DNA of 64,000 nt. It comes from a virus. Where the stretch lies: positions 12,415-76,414 of the IMG/VR virus record IMGVR_UViG_3300023063_000002. One strand, 5' to 3'. The position numbers and the translations under genes were made by a program. Below the pieces are notes generated by a model. It worked only from the letters and a program-made list of their open reading frames with translations, was not told the DNA's origin and did not search any database. Positions 1 through 10,900 of this stretch are shown piece by piece (within the stretch, counting starts at the first letter, position 1; each line of letters opens with the position of its first letter).

Positions 1-3000
1 TGGCAGTAATAGCACTCAATCCCCAATCTGAATCACTAGTAAGGTTAGCAGTGCTATCATACATCCTGACAACAGCACTATACATGGTCAAACTAGAGCT
101 AGGTGCTTCACCTGGATCAATCAACCAACCATCAGGTACACTAGAAACAGAGCCATCTAACCAAGTGTAAGTAAATGGTCCAGCTGGGGCTACAGGTATA
201 GTAGGGGCCCATTGTTTGACTGTAGCATAACCAACTTGATAACCAACAGTACCGTTCTGTGCACCTTGCTCAATAATGAAATCTTTAGACCAGTCAATTG
301 TACTGATAGATGTGCCTGCACCAGCTACAATATTCTTCTTAGCTTGATACAGCTTAAGTAGAGGAGTACCATCATTAGCTGGGACACTGATAGACCAACC
401 GTTATTAACTGTTAGATTGCTTTGGCTTCCATCTACCCAAGCATAATCAGTAGTACCAGTTGTCGGGCCAGTTTCAGTTACTGTAGACCATTTGTATAGA
501 TACACAGTAGCCGTAAGATTAGCAGGACTAACCAATACAGCAGGCTGAGACCATACAAGATCATTAGTATTAATACCTTCAGTGCCTGGTAATGTAGCCA
601 AGGCAATACTTGTGTATACTAGGCTAGATCCAGTACTATCTGGAATTGTCATTGACCATACTACGCCATCTGGACTAGTAGGAGGTACACCATACGGAAA
701 CCCAGTAGCACCATTAGGAAAGGTAAAAGAACCTCCAACTGGTGGTACTTGAGCATTGCCACGAGTGTAAGCAGTCAATGTATGTGAAGATGATCCATTA
801 GCCGTAAACAGTACTGGGACACTCCAATCCAAGGTATCATCAATGATCTGAGGGTATTGTACAGTAGCTTTACATTGTGAAATATAAAGTGCTGCAGTGC
901 CTTCTGGAATAAAAGGATACCAACCATCTGGAATCTGTGTTTGCTCAGACGTTACAAAGTTATAAGTACCACCATAAGGCATGGTAGGATTAACTGGAGC
1001 AACAGTAAGAACGGAATTAGATCGCTTGTACAGAGTCAGAGGTGCTACGCTAACACCCACAGCGGAGATAGTAGCTGCAGCGCTAATCATCGGCCAACGG
1101 GAACCTGACTTGATATTGTAGAAAGGCGCTAAAACACCATTACCATCTACAGATACTACAGCAATTGTATAACTACCAGCCTTGAGATAAGGAATATCTA
1201 GGCTCTGACCATCAGTGCTACCAATCTCAGTCCATACAGTTGATTCATCTACTTGAGAAATGGCTAGTGAAGACAGCTTAACACTATACCGCTTAACACG
1301 AGTATCTTGAGCGAGATTCCAGGAAATAACACCAGAGGAGAAACCATTAACCAGAGCACTAGCACTAAAGATTAAATTAGAAGCTTGACCAATATCTGTA
1401 TCGTAAATATTACGCTGAGCAACAACTTGATCATCTTTGGCATTCCAAGCAAGGTTACGAGCATCATATTTAGCAGCAGTAACAACAGCTACATTATGGT
1501 CATCCACCTTAATCTCTTGAACTTGCATTAGCTCACCACCAATACCCATAATCTCACTAGTAACACTGATAAGATCACCAGGCTCTAAGTTAGAATACTT
1601 AATATTTACACCAATGCTATAAGTACTCATTGCACGAGAGCTACGAACTTTCTCTTCAGCAGTAGCTAATGCATTATAGTAAGTGCTATCACCCGTTTGG
1701 AAGGTGGTGCCTTCAAGTTCAATACCGTTATCTTCTTTGAGATAAGTCTCGTAAACTCCACCTGGAGTAAATTTAGGTGGCCAAGAAACACTATCCTGAG
1801 CGAAGTCTTTAGCTTCATTACTAAAAGTTACAGTATAATAGTTAAGCTTATCCTGACTAGATGGCCATGCTTGTGTTACTTTCTCATCTACTACAATATC
1901 ATCATCAGTAATATATGCTGCTATAACAGTACGTGACCATTGCAGATTATTATCACCATCCGGCGTACTACTATTATTATCTACTGTACTTTCATATAAG
2001 TCTACAGCAGAATCAGAGCCAGGTGGGTATTGAACTACATCACCTTTATTGTAAACACCTGAGCCATATACAAGAGCTCTAGCAGCACCTTCACCTGTAA
2101 TATTAATAGCCGTAATATGTGCAGCACCAAACTCCATTGGATATTCCAACTGAAGTTTATATTTACCAGAAGACCAAACTAACTCAGCACGACCCATTGT
2201 CTCAAGGAGGATGTCAATGTTATCACGAATACTTTTGGTTGTATCAACACCCATATTACATTCGTATAGCTTGATAGTTTTCTGAACGGTTTTACCTTTT
2301 TCAGTCCACAGTTTACCTTGGAGACTTGTATCAGTTAAAGTACCAGCAACAGGAACTACGATACCACAAATACGAGCTGCTTTGTAGAATGACTCTAAAT
2401 CAATTTGATCAGCCGTAAGACCACGACCGTAATCAGCATTCATCAGATAATCAAGCAAGCATTCAGCCGAGTTATTGCTATAACGCTTATTGCCTAAAGA
2501 GTAGGTATTACCAATAGCCCCAGACGATTCTATAACAGGTGCTACACCCATGCCCTCAATATAGAAAGTAAGTGATGGGATACCATTATATTGTGGTGCA
2601 TCACGGTTAAGTCTAAATACACCGCTAGCATAAGCCGCTTCTGGGAACAATGCTTGGTTACGGGCAGAGAAGTTTGAGCCCATCATTGGATCGGCTACAT
2701 TACCAGCTAGGTAGACGTGTACTCGGGAGGAGTCTCCGAAGCTTTCATCACGGTAATCTACCTCATTAATATCCATGCAGTAAACAGCACTAATACCCTT
2801 GTAACCAATTGCCTGCTGAATAAATAAGAACTCATTCTTGGTATTAGCAATGCTAGAATTCATACCAGTATTAGACAATGCAAGAACAGCACTTGGTAAA
2901 TAAACTTCAAGAATATGAGTGTCTGTAGTGTATGCCTTAATACGATAATTAGCAGATGTCACTGTTGTATTACGAGTACCATCAGAGTAGCTTACAATTG

Positions 3001-3511
3001 GTTGGTGCTGAAGAGTGATATAACCATTAGCTAGCTCAGATTGTGCAATGATATACGGATTAAATTTATCGGTATATAAATTGACAGTAAGGGTTGTTGC
3101 AGTAAGTGTAGAGTCAAGATTCACTCCACTAATTGCTACAGTCGTGGGGACACCATCGATATCTACAAACATCGATGCACCATAAATCTGAACTTGAGTC
3201 TCTACTTCAGTTTGAGTACGAGCGTCACCATACGAGGTAAATGCTACACCCGTTGTTGCAGGTGGTGCATAATTGTAATTACCAGACACCTTATGAAATA
3301 CACGAGTCCCACCTGTTTTGTTGCGACCATAATAAACACTAAGAGATGAAATCTCACCCTCAGTAGTTACTTGAAAGCCCTTTTGAGCGTCAGCAGCGGC
3401 GGCGGCGGCAGCGGCTAACTTCTTTTGGCGTTGTTGTTGGTAGACCACACTAGCGATAGTAAATGCCGCCATGATCCATTGGAATGCTGTTACACCAGCT
3501 AAGAGCGCCAT
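1..3511 (-). CDS. Tail tip / central fibre (host-specificity, lambda J-like) protein, truncated at the window edge (>1170 aa)
   Basis: Hand translation from the ATG at 3511 (MALLAGVTAFQWIMAAF...) stays open to position 1. The ORF track missed it because there is no stop in the window. Contains tail-tip-like segments (SLSVYYGRNKTGG, ECLLDYLMNADYGRGL, AAKYDARNL), an FN3-like region and repeated W/P/G-rich modules. Lies after the tape measure and two minor tail genes. Confidence 0.8.
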   Translation of the reverse strand, partial: MALLAGVTAFQWIMAAFTIASVVYQQQRQKKLAAAAAAAADAQKGFQVTTEGEISSLSVYYGRNKTGGTRVFHKVSGNYNYAPPATTGVAFTSYGDARTQTEVETQVQIYGASMFVDIDGVPTTVAISGVNLDSTLTATTLTVNLYTDKFNPYIIAQSELANGYITLQHQPIVSYSDGTRNTTVTSANYRIKAYTTDTHILEVYLPSAVLALSNTGMNSSIANTKNEFLFIQQAIGYKGISAVYCMDINEVDYRDESFGDSSRVHVYLAGNVADPMMGSNFSARNQALFPEAAYASGVFRLNRDAPQYNGIPSLTFYIEGMGVAPVIESSGAIGNTYSLGNKRYSNNSAECLLDYLMNADYGRGLTADQIDLESFYKAARICGIVVPVAGTLTDTSLQGKLWTEKGKTVQKTIKLYECNMGVDTTKSIRDNIDILLETMGRAELVWSSGKYKLQLEYPMEFGAAHITAINITGEGAARALVYGSGVYNKGDVVQYPPGSDSAVDLYESTVDNNSSTPDGDNNLQWSRTVIAAYITDDDIVVDEKVTQAWPSSQDKLNYYTVTFSNEAKDFAQDSVSWPPKFTPGGVYETYLKEDNGIELEGTTFQTGDSTYYNALATAEEKVRSSRAMSTYSIGVNIKYSNLEPGDLISVTSEIMGIGGELMQVQEIKVDDHNVAVVTAAKYDARNLAWNAKDDQVVAQRNIYDTDIGQASNLIFSASALVNGFSSGVISWNLAQDTRVKRYSVKLSSLAISQVDESTVWTEIGSTDGQSLDIPYLKAGSYTIAVVSVDGNGVLAPFYNIKSGSRWPMISAAATISAVGVSVAPLTLYKRSNSVLTVAPVNPTMPYGGTYNFVTSEQTQIPDGWYPFIPEGTAALYISQCKATVQYPQIIDDTLDWSVPVLFTANGSSSHTLTAYTRGNAQVPPVGGSFTFPNGATGFPYGVPPTSPDGVVWSMTIPDSTGSSLVYTSIALATLPGTEGINTNDLVWSQPAVLVSPANLTATVYLYKWSTVTETGPTTGTTDYAWVDGSQSNLTVNNGWSISVPANDGTPLLKLYQAKKNIVAGAGTSISTIDWSKDFIIEQGAQNGTVGYQVGYATVKQWAPTIPVAPAGPFTYTWLDGSVSSVPDGWLIDPGEAPSSSLTMYSAVVRMYDSTANLTSDSDWGLSAITA

Positions 3512-4164
3512 TATACTTTACCCCACAGAAGAGCGAGACCAGATGACCCAATAAACAATTCATCGTATGATGTATCATTAGGGTATTCCTGCCTCAAAGT
3601 TTCTCGATTGGTCATCATAGAACGAATCATACCAAGAGCACCCATTGGTGAAGTACATTCCAGAGTAGCTACAATCTCACCTTTCAAGTCAATCGAATAA
3701 GTAGGTGTATCTGTGGTTCCTTGATAGATAATAATAATATCATCAGGTGACTCTAATGGCATACCCTCGATAACCCCCTGTGGATACAATTTAGTGTTAG
3801 CATCAATTGGGCCACCTACTAGTTTTTCCAGAGTATTAAAGAATCCTAAATACACAGTAATTGGGATACCCATAAAGCCCTGCTCAAACAAAGCTCTGTA
3901 CTCAAAAGTGGGATCAGCATAAGTTACCTTAAAACTTTCACGATCTACAGCAGCAGACTGTCGTGGTGGATCAACAGCTACTAAATAATTATTGTCAGTA
4001 TAGAATCCATCATTTAAGATAGTAATACCACCTGCAACAGTTGTATGACGATAAGTTTGTGTATTACCATCGGTATCGATAAATGGTCCAATCTTGACCA
4101 AGTGATAATGCATGATGCTATTGGAAGCCAGTAACTCTAGCACTCCAGCACTAATATTTTTCAT
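3511..4164 (-). CDS. Minor tail / tail-tip assembly protein (gpL-like position)
   Basis: 217-aa ORF between the distal-tail candidate and the J-like gene; translationally coupled overlaps on both sides; ends in a lambda-L-like LLWGK motif. Confidence 0.55.
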   Translation of the reverse strand: MKNISAGVLELLASNSIMHYHLVKIGPFIDTDGNTQTYRHTTVAGGITILNDGFYTDNNYLVAVDPPRQSAAVDRESFKVTYADPTFEYRALFEQGFMGIPITVYLGFFNTLEKLVGGPIDANTKLYPQGVIEGMPLESPDDIIIIYQGTTDTPTYSIDLKGEIVATLECTSPMGALGMIRSMMTNRETLRQEYPNDTSYDELFIGSSGLALLWGKV

Positions 4165-4784
4165 TATAAAGCCTCAATAAATTTAACAGAGCCTGGATCA
4201 GACATCACACCATCTGTATATTTAATACCAAGTACAGAAGAAGAGTCGTATCTTGCAGCCATTGTACAGTATTTACCGTATTTAATCAAATCACCAGCAT
4301 TTACATTTGTTCTGAGAGATGGTCTAATTTGAGCAGCGGATCCATCAGTAGTAATACCAACTACCAAGTACACTTTTGGATCATTACCAATATTGATAAA
4401 CTCACCTTTACCAACTCTTACAGAAGCATTACCCACCAAGGCGATTGCAGTGGAACCTCTTAGATTGTCAAGACCCAAAGATACTGTAGCTACATCAATT
4501 GGGTTTTTATTAATTCGATAAACTTGTGGCATACGAAGATACATCACTTGATGGTACCCACTACCTACTGAATGAATAAGTGCATTCTCAGAACTGTTGG
4601 TTGGCATCAAGTTAGCTTCTATTTCCCAGCGCTGTACATTCATCGAAGTTACAGTTTGTTTAAGAGAAGCTGCTTCAGATACAAATACAGGTTGATTTGA
4701 TATTACACTTAATGGTGTAGAAAATTCTACTGCGATCTCTGAATCAAGTCCAGAGTTTGTTGCAGATAACAAAATACCAGACAT
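4164..4784 (-). CDS. Distal tail / minor tail protein
   Basis: 206-aa beta-rich ORF directly downstream of the tape measure gene; assignment from synteny. Confidence 0.5.
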   Translation of the reverse strand: MSGILLSATNSGLDSEIAVEFSTPLSVISNQPVFVSEAASLKQTVTSMNVQRWEIEANLMPTNSSENALIHSVGSGYHQVMYLRMPQVYRINKNPIDVATVSLGLDNLRGSTAIALVGNASVRVGKGEFINIGNDPKVYLVVGITTDGSAAQIRPSLRTNVNAGDLIKYGKYCTMAARYDSSSVLGIKYTDGVMSDPGSVKFIEAL

Positions 4785-4983
4785 AATATTCCTTATTTAA
4801 TTTAAGATACCTATTTGGTAACTAATCTAAGATGAGCTCTCTAACAATCTAAAGAGCTCATGATGCATTAGTTAAATACACCGAGTGAAACTATACTACG
4901 TTACAGCAGCTACAGCAAGCAACTAGTATACGGTAAATATACTAGAAGAGATAGGATCACCTTCCTTTCAACAGTTAACTACA

Positions 4984-7900
4984 TTACGACGATTTACCAT
5001 TTTCATAATTATGTTGATTTACACCAGATGCAATTTGAGGGATCATTTTCTGAATCTCATAACGAGTCTGGCGAGAAATATCACCTGTGACACTGATATT
5101 AAAGGCTTGTTCAGATTTACCTGCACCGCCATGTAACAAAGCATTTTGTTGAGCAGCGTTAAGGATCACTTCACCACCGTGAGCCATAATTGGTTTAGGC
5201 ATACCACGAGCACCAGGGATAATACCACCGACAGCATAGCTACCAGTAGTCTTGATGCCATCCATCCAATCAAGATTGGTAAGTGCAGATGTACCAGAGC
5301 TAAGAGTACCAGCTGATACAGAGCTAAGCAAAGCATCGCTTGTAGCGGAAGAAGTAAAGCCACCACTACTTCCACTAAACAAGGAAAGACCAGTACTTAC
5401 CAGAGTGCCGAGCAAGCCACCCGAGCTACTGCCACCAGACACGCCCAAGACGCTAGCCAGGCCCTGCAAGGCGACACCCAGCGAGCCACCCATGGTCTTG
5501 ATACCCAAACTGAGCACGCTCCCCAGAGTGATGTTACTGGCTGACAGCGTGCCTCCCAGAGTGGTCACACCCATGCGCAGGGCAGTGGCATCGTACGTGG
5601 GATCACTCTTACCAGCGATCGCCATGCCGGAGGCGTCTAGGCCCGTTCCTGCACCACCGGGGAGCACTCCTGCGAGGGCATCAGGGGTTCCACCCAAGGC
5701 AGCGGTCAGAGCACGAGTGGCGGCAGTTGCATCAATAGTGGCAGACGTCAACAAGTCCTTCTCAGATTTCTGTGGATCAGCACCAAAGAGACCAGAAGCC
5801 ATATCAAAGATACCTGAAGTAAGGCTAGCAAGTGTTTTCTGAATAAACCCAGATTTACCTGTAATACCATTCATTAAACCACCTACAAAGCTATCAATGA
5901 TACCGTTAGTAAATGTATCAGCCAAGTGTGTCAAAGCTTGACGACCTGTCTCTTTACCTTTAAGAATTTCAGAGATACCATCACCGACATCTTGAGTGAT
6001 ATTTTGAGCGAAAGTAATACCGGCTTGATAAGCTGGGGAATCCTCTTTCTTCATTGTATACAAAGTAATTTCTCGACCAATCTTATCTTGAAGTTGATCA
6101 ATAGTAATTTGAGCAGTCATACGGGCTTGTTCACTAGCACCACCATCAGCCAAGATACCACGTTGCTTGGTAATACCATCAACATAGCCATCCAAGATTT
6201 TCTGACGAGTATCTGAGATAGTATTGTAAGCATCTTCAGTTATAGTAATACCAGCCTTATTCAGCTTATCAACACCTTTAGACTGAGTAGCGACAGCAAG
6301 ACCTTTTACAAGTGACTTACGCATATCAGTCAAGCTAGCCTCTGCAACCTTACGGGTAGCAGCATCCAAACCATCGAGTTGATCAGTCTGAGTAATAATT
6401 TTCTGAGCAATAGCTTCCAAATCAGGCCTGGAGGCAATCTTAGTTTGGCTATAATCAGTATCACTCACAGTCACACCAGCCTTAGTAAGGAGGTCAGAAC
6501 CACGCTTAGTAGAGTTACGAGTGGTAGTCATTTCCAGAGCAGCTTTGTTATTGGCTTTGATTGTATCCAATGCCTTCTTAGCTATTACAGGATCAGTACT
6601 ACGACTTTCATCCAACAACTCAGAGTAGTTACGAGTCTCTTGAGCAAGTTTGACCAAGGATACTCGCTGCTTATCTTGCATACGGCCCCATTCTTCTGGA
6701 GTGATCTTAGCATCAGTAAATTGAGCATTTACAAATGTTAATTGCTGACCATAATCCATACTAGACTCAGTCAATGCACGAAGCTGTTTAACAGCAACTT
6801 GATAAGAAACACCAAGTTTCTCAACTTGTTTACTGGAGAGATTCATGTCACTAGCTTGGCGTTGCATGATTGCAATCTGATCAGCAATCTTGGTATACTG
6901 GTCAACAGTACCAGAAGGTAGCTTCAGAGCACTTGTCAAATCAATATTAGCACCAGCGCTACTAATAGCAGACAGCTTATCACTAAACGATCGTGGGATA
7001 TACTTAGCAGAAGCTTCGTCACCTTGACGGCGAAGTTTAGCTTGCTCAGCACCAAGACTCTTTTGTGTGTCTAGGGAGATACCAGCAGGATCAGCTAATT
7101 GGTCATTAATCACTTTCATACGATCAGCATTAGCCAATTGTGATTTAAGAACATCAGCTGGAATCTTAGAGACTTGAGTAGAAGTGATACTGAAGTTAAC
7201 AGTAGCTAAACGTTCAAGGCTAGCTTGTGCAGTCTTAGATACAGGTGCAAGAGTAGTCAACTCATAACGAAGAGCAGCAATTTGTTTCTTAAATGCTTTA
7301 TACTTATCATCACTGATATTTGGATCAACTGTAGCATTGCTGATAGAGTCTTCAATGATTTTAAGCTGAGCTTCTTTAGCTTGGTACTCCTTAAGCTTGT
7401 CATCAGAACTGTAGGTAGCTACATCATCAGGTGTTTGAACACCCATACCTTTAAGCATGTTATTACGTTGATAGCTAGAGGTGCCAGCAGCAAACGCTTT
7501 CTCAATAAAGACACGATTAATGTCATCTGCACCTTTAGCGATTTCAGCTTTAACGCCAGCCATCATTGATGCAATACGAGTCTTCTCATCTGAAGTCATA
7601 TCATCACGAATGATGTACTCTTTCAGATTAAGTTTAGCTTTATTCTTTTCCAATGCTTGAGCCATGTATGCCAGCTGAAGATTGAAGGTTGGAGACAAAG
7701 AAGAAAGACTTTTAGCATCAAATGTAACACCAGCCTTATCGAAGGATTTAGTAGCCAAAGCATCTGGATTCAAAGTATTCATATCAGCACCTTGACGCTG
7801 ATCTAAAACAAGACTACTCTTAGCATCACGGACAGAAAGGAAATTAGCCAAAGCACCAGCCGCATCTTTAGTACGTTTACTAGCATTAACAAGCTGCTCA

Positions 7901-10900
7901 AGCTCATTGATACGTGTTTGCAAACGATCTACAGCAAAGCCATAACTATCAGTATCTGAGCCCTTACCAGCAGTAAACAGTGGGCTGTCTTCAAATGTCA
8001 AACCAACCTTAGTCATCTGAGTATCGAGGTCACCTAGTTTCTTTTGGTAAGCAGCAACAGCTTTGTTTACAGTCTGGATAGCTAATACTTGTTTAGCATC
8101 GAACAGAGCAGCAGCACGAGCGCCATCACGATTAGTACTAGCAGCAATAAGGTTTGGATCCTTACCACTGAATGGGGCAAATGAAGTCTCTTTAGCATCA
8201 GCGTAAGCTGCATTAGCCTTCTCAAGCTCTAAGGAGGAATTACTAAAACGTGTAGAAATCCTGTTATTGTTATTCTTCTCATAAGGAGACATATTGGGAT
8301 CACTACCCAGATCCATTGCGTTACCATCAATCTTGCTATAAATACTTTGAAGATTTTTAGTATAGGGATCCGCTTCTTTATAGTTAGCACGATACAAAGA
8401 AGTATTCTTATTATTTCTCAGATCTGCCAAACCTTTAAGGGCAGCAGGGTTACTCTGATCAGTTTTAAGAATGTCAGTAAATTTGCTTGCAGCCATAAAC
8501 AATTCTTTGTCAAGGCCACTTTGCTTGATCTTAGTGCTCCAATCAGTCAATCCAATTTTAGTCTGGTTAGACTCGTTGGCATCACCAAGACTATCATTAA
8601 TATCCTTGCGAGACATGCCCTCAAGTTTCTTAATGTAGTTATTAAGCTGTTTATTGACTGTAGTAATGTTATCAGCGGTTATCTTAGATACTTCACCAAA
8701 CTGATCTTGCTCTTCATGGCCTTTAGAAACAACTTCAGCCAACTTCTCAGTAAGCTTAGTAGCATTCTCTTTGGCACCCGAATCGAGTTTAGTAAAGTCT
8801 ACACTCTTAAAGCTATACTCAACATCAATAATACCAAACTTACGCTTGTTATTAGGGACTGCCTTTTCAAGCTTCTCACCAAGCACAGTTGCACCTTGCT
8901 GAAGCAGACCAAGGCTAACAAGCATACGACGGAATACATCATCCAGCTTCTCACCAAAGGTATCACCTTCACCAAAGACAGCAGTCAGTACAGCACCCAA
9001 GCCTAAAGTAGCAGCGATAATGAGTCCGATTGGGCCAAGGATATAACCCCACATTACAGAAGCAGCTTCACCAATAGTACCAAAGCTAGCTATAAACTCA
9101 ATGCTCATTAAACGTACAGAAGCAATTGTAGCAGCCATGGAGGCTCTAGCAGCAACTGGCAACATAGTAAACAGTTGAACAGCAGCAACAGAAATACCAG
9201 CAAAGATAGCAGCTGTTTGACCATCACCACCAACCAGAGCACCAATACCACCACCAATAGCAGCTGCAGCAGTAAAGCTCTTAATCTTAGCCATAGACAA
9301 ACCAATAGAGGCAGCTAATGTTTCAGCTTGACCACCAAGATTTACTAGAGGACCAGCATTAAATGAGAATGCAATAGCAGCAGCCATACGTGCAAAGGCA
9401 GGACCAAGTACAGTAGCAAGCAAGGAAGCTACACCCATAATGGCAGGGCGAATCAAACCTGGGATCAATAAGAATGCTGCAACAGTAGTAGCACCAATAG
9501 TACCAAGCCAAGCTTTGATTGGGTCATTCTTGAAGTAGTATTTAATGTTAGACATAACACCATCAAACACACTATAGTTCTTCAAGCCAATATCTTGGGA
9601 AGTACTTTCAGCAGCACTAGCAATACCAGCAAAAGCAAGCAAAGCCAAACCAACAACCACTAGCTTACCATAACGACCAAAGAAAATACGGCCAAGAATA
9701 CCAGTCTCACCACCTACTTCACCAGCACGACGCTCAAGACCATCAGTACCTTCACGGATACGACGAAGAGCTTCAGCTGCAGCATCACCAGCACTACCAC
9801 CAGCAGGACGGTTAACTGGACCTTCAGCGGGGGCTCCAGCAGGACGACCTGGACCGGCTTGACCTTCAGGTAAATGTTCTCCGCCTTCTGGCACTAACGC
9901 AGTGGTGAATATACCTTTGATCTTAGCAATGATTTTCTGAATACCACTAGGGCCACCATCACCTTCAAACAGATTTTTAATGAAGTTACTTTTCTTAGCG
10001 AACTCACCAAGCTTAGTAAAGCCATTCTTAATAGTATCAATTGCAGCTTGGAATGCAGCTTTAAACTTACCAGTAGTTTGTTCAGGATCACTACCAAACA
10101 AGAATAGTTTACCGATGTCAATAGCACGACGACCAATAGTAGATCCATACTCTACTACAATGTCTCCAACCTTCTTAAAGGCAGTCGTCAACCAAGTTTT
10201 AGCAGATGCAAAGAATGCAGGACCACTACTGCCCCAGATGATATCAAACAAGTTAGTACCACCAAAGCTTACACGACGGGATACTGATTGGACAGCTGCA
10301 ATAAGCGGGGTTACGATAGAGCCATAAATAGCATCAGCTGCAATAGTACGAGCACGATCACCATACAGCAGTAAGAATAATAAACCACCATCTGTAACAG
10401 TACGACCAATAACTGAATCACCAAAGAGGCTATCAAAACCACCAAGTGAGGATAACAGCAAGCCTACACCAGCAATCATTCTAGCAGGGCCTACTACACC
10501 AAACAAGAATCGTTGTAGGATGCCTGTACCAGCTGCTTGTAACTCTACCCAAGCTCCGAATTTAGCGAATAATTTTAATGGCTTCTCCATGAACTTAAAG
10601 TTAGCAAGAATTGGTAGAATACTCTTACCAAAGAAGTAAGCGCCAATTAAACCTAAAGGACCAGCAGTGCCAATTACAGTAGCTGCACTCAAAACACCAG
10701 AGAGGGCTGTACCAATCAATGGAATCTGCGACAAGAAGCCTTGTACAAAGCCGGAAGCAATACCAGTTAATGCGTTAACAAACTGTGGAATTTCTTTCAC
10801 AAATTGTACTGCAAAGTAACCAGCAACCTTACCCATAGCAATAGACGAAGACATAATGAAGCTAGTGCCAAACAATCCACCGGCAAACTTCTCAGCAATA

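Noticed and set aside
1-3510. Apparent 3.5 kb coding gap (possible pseudogene or recoded region)
   Set aside because: Hand translation shows one continuous minus-strand frame from 3511 to the window edge; the ORF caller dropped it only because it has no stop codon in the window.
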